From positions 62,001 to 86,099 of the forward strand of contig JBFLGF010000127.1 in NCBI GenBank assembly GCA_050230475.1: DNA of 24,099 nt, read 5' to 3'. The translations under genes and the position numbers were made by a program. This DNA comes from Ancylonema sp. Taxonomy: Eukaryota. The notes under the pieces are model-generated. The model searched no databases. It was not told the origin of the DNA and saw only the letters and a program-made list of their open reading frames with translations. This document shows, piece by piece, positions 22,488 through 24,099 of the stretch; within the stretch, counting starts at the first letter, position 1, and each line of letters begins with the position of its first letter.

Positions 22488-22545
22488 TACATACATATAT
22501 ATATTTTGATATATATATGCACATATATTTATATATGTATACATC
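22385..22545. repeat. (TA)n/(TACA)n low-complexity microsatellite
   Basis: Long imperfect TA tract just downstream of the GRAM gene stop. Confidence 0.92.
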
Positions 22546-22598
22546 TGTAATTCACCGTTGATCTCATCCCATGTACGTGAAGTTTGGGCTCACCTGGT

Positions 22599-24099
22599 TC
22601 AAGCACTGAGGTGTTCCAGCAGCGCCAGCGCACTTTCTATATCTTCGGCTCCCTCAAACTCGTGAACAGCCATCTGGACCCCACACCAACCGAGGGCGGC
22701 ATCAGACCATCACACCATCCTCGTCCGCAATGCCACCCCCATTCTGCTACCCTCCACATGGATGGCCATTGGTAGGCATTGGTAGGCAGTGGAGTGGCCA
22801 TACGGGAGGCGAGGTAGGGATGGGGGGCAGGAATGGTCCCCACCCATCGGTCGGAACCGAGTCCGAGCTTGAGTGCGTCCTCAGCTCCGCGTTTGAGCTT
22901 CTGCCGCCCGACGCTCTTTATGGCAGAGTGCTCCAACACAATCTGCCACTCCCCGAGGGACAGGTGTCAGCTAGAGATAGGGACTGGTGTACAGTCGCAG
23001 TGTTTGGTGCGACCATGGTCATTCATTCATCCCTTACAGTGTTCCTGAATCAGTCTTTCGATAAAGGATACCCCCCGAGGGACGAGGGAAAAGGGCAGCT
23101 ACTCTCCCCATCTCTCACCGGCGTTCTCCTTTCCGCGTCGTCCACATGGAAACACACGTGCTGCTCCGTGATGAAGAGGCGGCCGGGGTAGCTGCGTTGG
23201 AAGCCGGGAATGAAAGTGTTGTGACTGCACTGGAATGTTTGGAGGAGCTTGCAGGGGAAGGCTGTCAGGGAGAAGCAACAGAAGGCATGATCAAAGTTGG
23301 TCACTCACTTTTATCTTTGAAATTAGTTCTGGGGATAGAGACACTTGTTTGCATCAAGATCGGCCGTTGGATCAAATGTAATGAAGGACTAACGAATGCT
23401 ACTGGCCGCAGGTAGCGCAAACCGAAATGAATACCTCGCAATCATTATCCTTACTTTCGATAAGGCTCTCTGAAGCTGGCAATTCGAAAAGCGCCTGCAG
23501 GTTGAACCCTGCCAGCTTATCTGCAGGGGTTTGGGCAGAAGTGGCCCCGTTTTTTGCCGTCGCGGGTTTGGGGTCGGAATCCGACTGCCCTGGCTCCCTC
23601 TCTTGCTGTTCCAAAAATGTTTTTTCGCCGAGGGGGTCAAACGTAGACCACCAGGACGAAAGCTTGGTGCTCATGTCCGTCAGCCCATTCATCTGTGGAT
23701 AGAAAGCAGAAAGACTGGGATCAAATCCGAGAAATCTAAGAAATAAAAGAGCACCTGGCTATCGGTTTACATGTCGTTCTAAGTGACTGTATATCTGAAG
23801 CCATGCTGATGCTCATTCAAATCGTTCGCCCGATCATTGTGCAACTGGACCCCTGCATTGCCATCCATCGATATTGCATCCCTGAGAACCACTCATTCTT
23901 TCGAACGTACATACAAGGTTATGGTGCTCATTCTGAACACCCTCTCCCTTGCATCGTCATCCCACCTTGCTCAGTTCTTGCACCGCAGCAGCCGCCTGAC
24001 TCCCCGCGCTTGACGCCAAATCTACCACCCCTTTGCTTATTTCTGCAGCCGCTACTGAAACTTGCGTCAGGTCAAGTTCAACTTCCGACTGCTTGGGCG
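22599..24099 (-). CDS. GRAM (PH-like) domain protein, 5' end outside the window; exons >24099-23966, 23692-23455, 23261-23119, 22942-22844, 22673-22599
   Basis: Phase-consistent GT-AG splicing gives ...LQALFELPASESLIE/TFPCKLLQTFQCSHNTFIPGFQRSYPGRLFITEQHVCFHV.../IVLEHSAIKSV.../MAVHEFEGAEDIESALALLEHLSA*. This fits the GRAM pattern F.LP..E.L...F.C.L...G.L.I....CF. Confidence 0.85.

Overview
Intron-rich eukaryotic DNA, most likely from a streptophyte green alga or early-diverging plant (inferred from plant-type CLASRP and SPL7-clade proteins and a TTTAGGG repeat). Most entries in the ORF track are exon fragments or shadow frames. Splicing by hand gives five genes. (1) An RCC1-repeat protein on the minus strand, running off the left edge. 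(2) A hidden 3-exon, 70-aa protein resembling DUF1748/mitofissin (Atg44), minus strand, which the ORF track does not show as a whole. (3) A CLASRP/SFRS16-like SR splicing regulator, plus strand, about 13 exons with one GC-AG intron. (4) An SPL7-clade SBP-box transcription factor, minus strand, whose C-terminal exons I could not find. (5) A GRAM-domain protein, minus strand, entering from the right edge. Three segments occur twice in tandem, with mostly synonymous divergence in the CLASRP exons, joined at single-N gaps or a (CCT)n tract. They are probably two haplotypes or homeologs interleaved by assembly, though real exon-block duplication is not excluded. There are also non-autonomous DNA transposons (hAT with 8-bp TSD, Tourist/PIF MITE with TAA TSD, a pogo-like end). 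No prokaryotic system, CRISPR array or structural RNA gene was seen.
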